Below, piece after piece: positions 62,694-64,000 of a DNA stretch of 64,000 bases. The stretch spans positions 245,210,001 to 245,274,000 of the forward strand of contig OZ024743.1 in assembly GCA_964016885.1 (NCBI GenBank), read 5' to 3'. The notes under the pieces are model-generated. The model was not told the DNA's origin. It saw only the letters and a program-made list of their open reading frames with translations, and ran no database searches. Positions within the stretch are counted from its first letter, which is position 1; the number at the start of each line of letters is the position of its first letter. A program made the translations under genes and the position numbers. Source of the stretch: Eledone cirrhosa (lineage: Eukaryota).

Positions 62694-64000
62694 ATAACTT
62701 TCACATTATTAAATTGGTTTTGGGAAAATAATTTCACAAAGGTTCTTACATAAAATTAAAATGGAAAGTATTCAGATAAATATAAACACTTTAAAATACA
62801 TTTTTGTATCATAAGACCACTAGTAGTTTCAAGCAGTTTTTTATCAAAAGGGTTAACATTCCATAAACTTTCTGTGGTTATTGACTGGTTAGTTGGCTGG
62901 TAGGCTATTGTGTAATAACTGTCTGTTGTCTGTCCATTGGTTACTAGTGAGTAGGGAGAGTGACAGCTGGCTCTTTTGTATACTGTCTAGATAGGTGCTG
63001 ATTTAACATGTGTGGTGACTTGGTAGCCTGCACTATGCTTTTACTTATGTTTTTTATGTGCTCATGAAGTCATGAGCAGACATAGACAAATACTGACTTG
63101 GCCCTCCCACCTTTGATCCAGCAGAATATCCAGGGTATGAAAACTACAAGAAAAGAAGTCTGTAACAGCTCTGACCTGGTGTAATGTTTATCAACCACCA
63201 GAAAGATAAAAGCCAAAGAAGGCTTTGACGGGATCTGAACACAGGACAAAGCTGGGACAAATATTGTAACACATTCTATTTATCACCGAAATGACTGCAA
63301 ATTAACTGCCATAACTATGTATAGCAGAATTTAAACAAGCCTGCTAAATTGGACTATAAAAGGTTATTTTTGCCAATCTGTTTTGGCAAAGATTGATTTT
63401 TATAGTTTGACTATTTTAGTTGATTTGATAGTAGAACTGGCATATATTTTCTGTTTTCTAGGGTTCTTATTTAAATTTAAATCTTTCAACATAATTTGAC
63501 ATATGAACCTTTTGTTAACCCGTTAGCATTTACATTACTCTATATATACTATTGTATTGTCACGGTAAAGGCTTTACCTCACGTATTATCGAATCTATGA
63601 GATTTTGATATTATTTATTTTGAGAACAATAACTTAACATCAGTATGAATGGCCAGTTACAGCTGGTTTGAACAGAAAGAGATGAGAGAATTCTGGCCAG
63701 ATACAGCCGGTTTAAATACCATATTATTAATGAAATGATTATTTTAGTAAACCCTTCCAAATTCTTCAATAATTTCATTATAAATATGGGAATGAAAGGG
63801 TTAACATTCCTTTTCATTTCAATTATTTAGTGTCTTGAAAGAATGGAGACAATGTAGAGCAGAAACCTGCAAGGACTCTTTAGTCTAACAGAACAAATCA
63901 ACCTCTCTTGTCTTGTTAAAATACAATGGTTTGCAAATGAACAAAGATTCAGGGTAGAGAGAATTCTTTAGTCTTGTTGAGGATCTCTCTAGTACTGGTG

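Noticed and set aside
50517-64000. Dynein LIC exon 5 and later
   Set aside because: I found no phase-1 exon with the expected FQxYxEP-type sequence; it is probably downstream of the window.

Overview
AT-rich, repeat-dense animal genomic DNA. The SINE/LINE repertoire and the abundance of (TA)n/(TACA)n suggest a coleoid cephalopod such as an octopus (inference). The one firmly identified gene is a cytoplasmic dynein 1 light intermediate chain on the + strand. Coding exons 1-4 lie at 17019-17095, 41442-41515, 45886-46002 and 50286-50516, splice in frame through GT-AG sites and encode the Walker A motif GDTESGKT; the rest of the gene lies beyond the window. A promoter with CRE, AP-1, NRF1 and YY1-like motifs sits just upstream. 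Most of the remainder is mobile DNA: RTE-, CR1- and CRE-clade LINE fragments, two tRNA-derived SINE groups (one a CORE-type SINE with at least five interchangeable tails), TTAA-, TA- and hAT-type MITEs, Helitron ends and minisatellites. The most unusual observations are: (1) microsatellite-embedded foldback elements carrying whole or half minimal hammerhead-ribozyme motifs (Penelope-like), clustered at 8.4-15.1 kb with another at 57.3 kb; (2) a candidate spliced minus-strand gene, head-to-head with the dynein gene, encoding an 87-aa protein with a basic tail; (3) a decayed intron-containing tRNA-Lys(UUU); (4) inverted young SINEs bracketing dynein exons 2-3. Repeat boundaries were read by eye and are approximate, and no database search or folding calculation was run.
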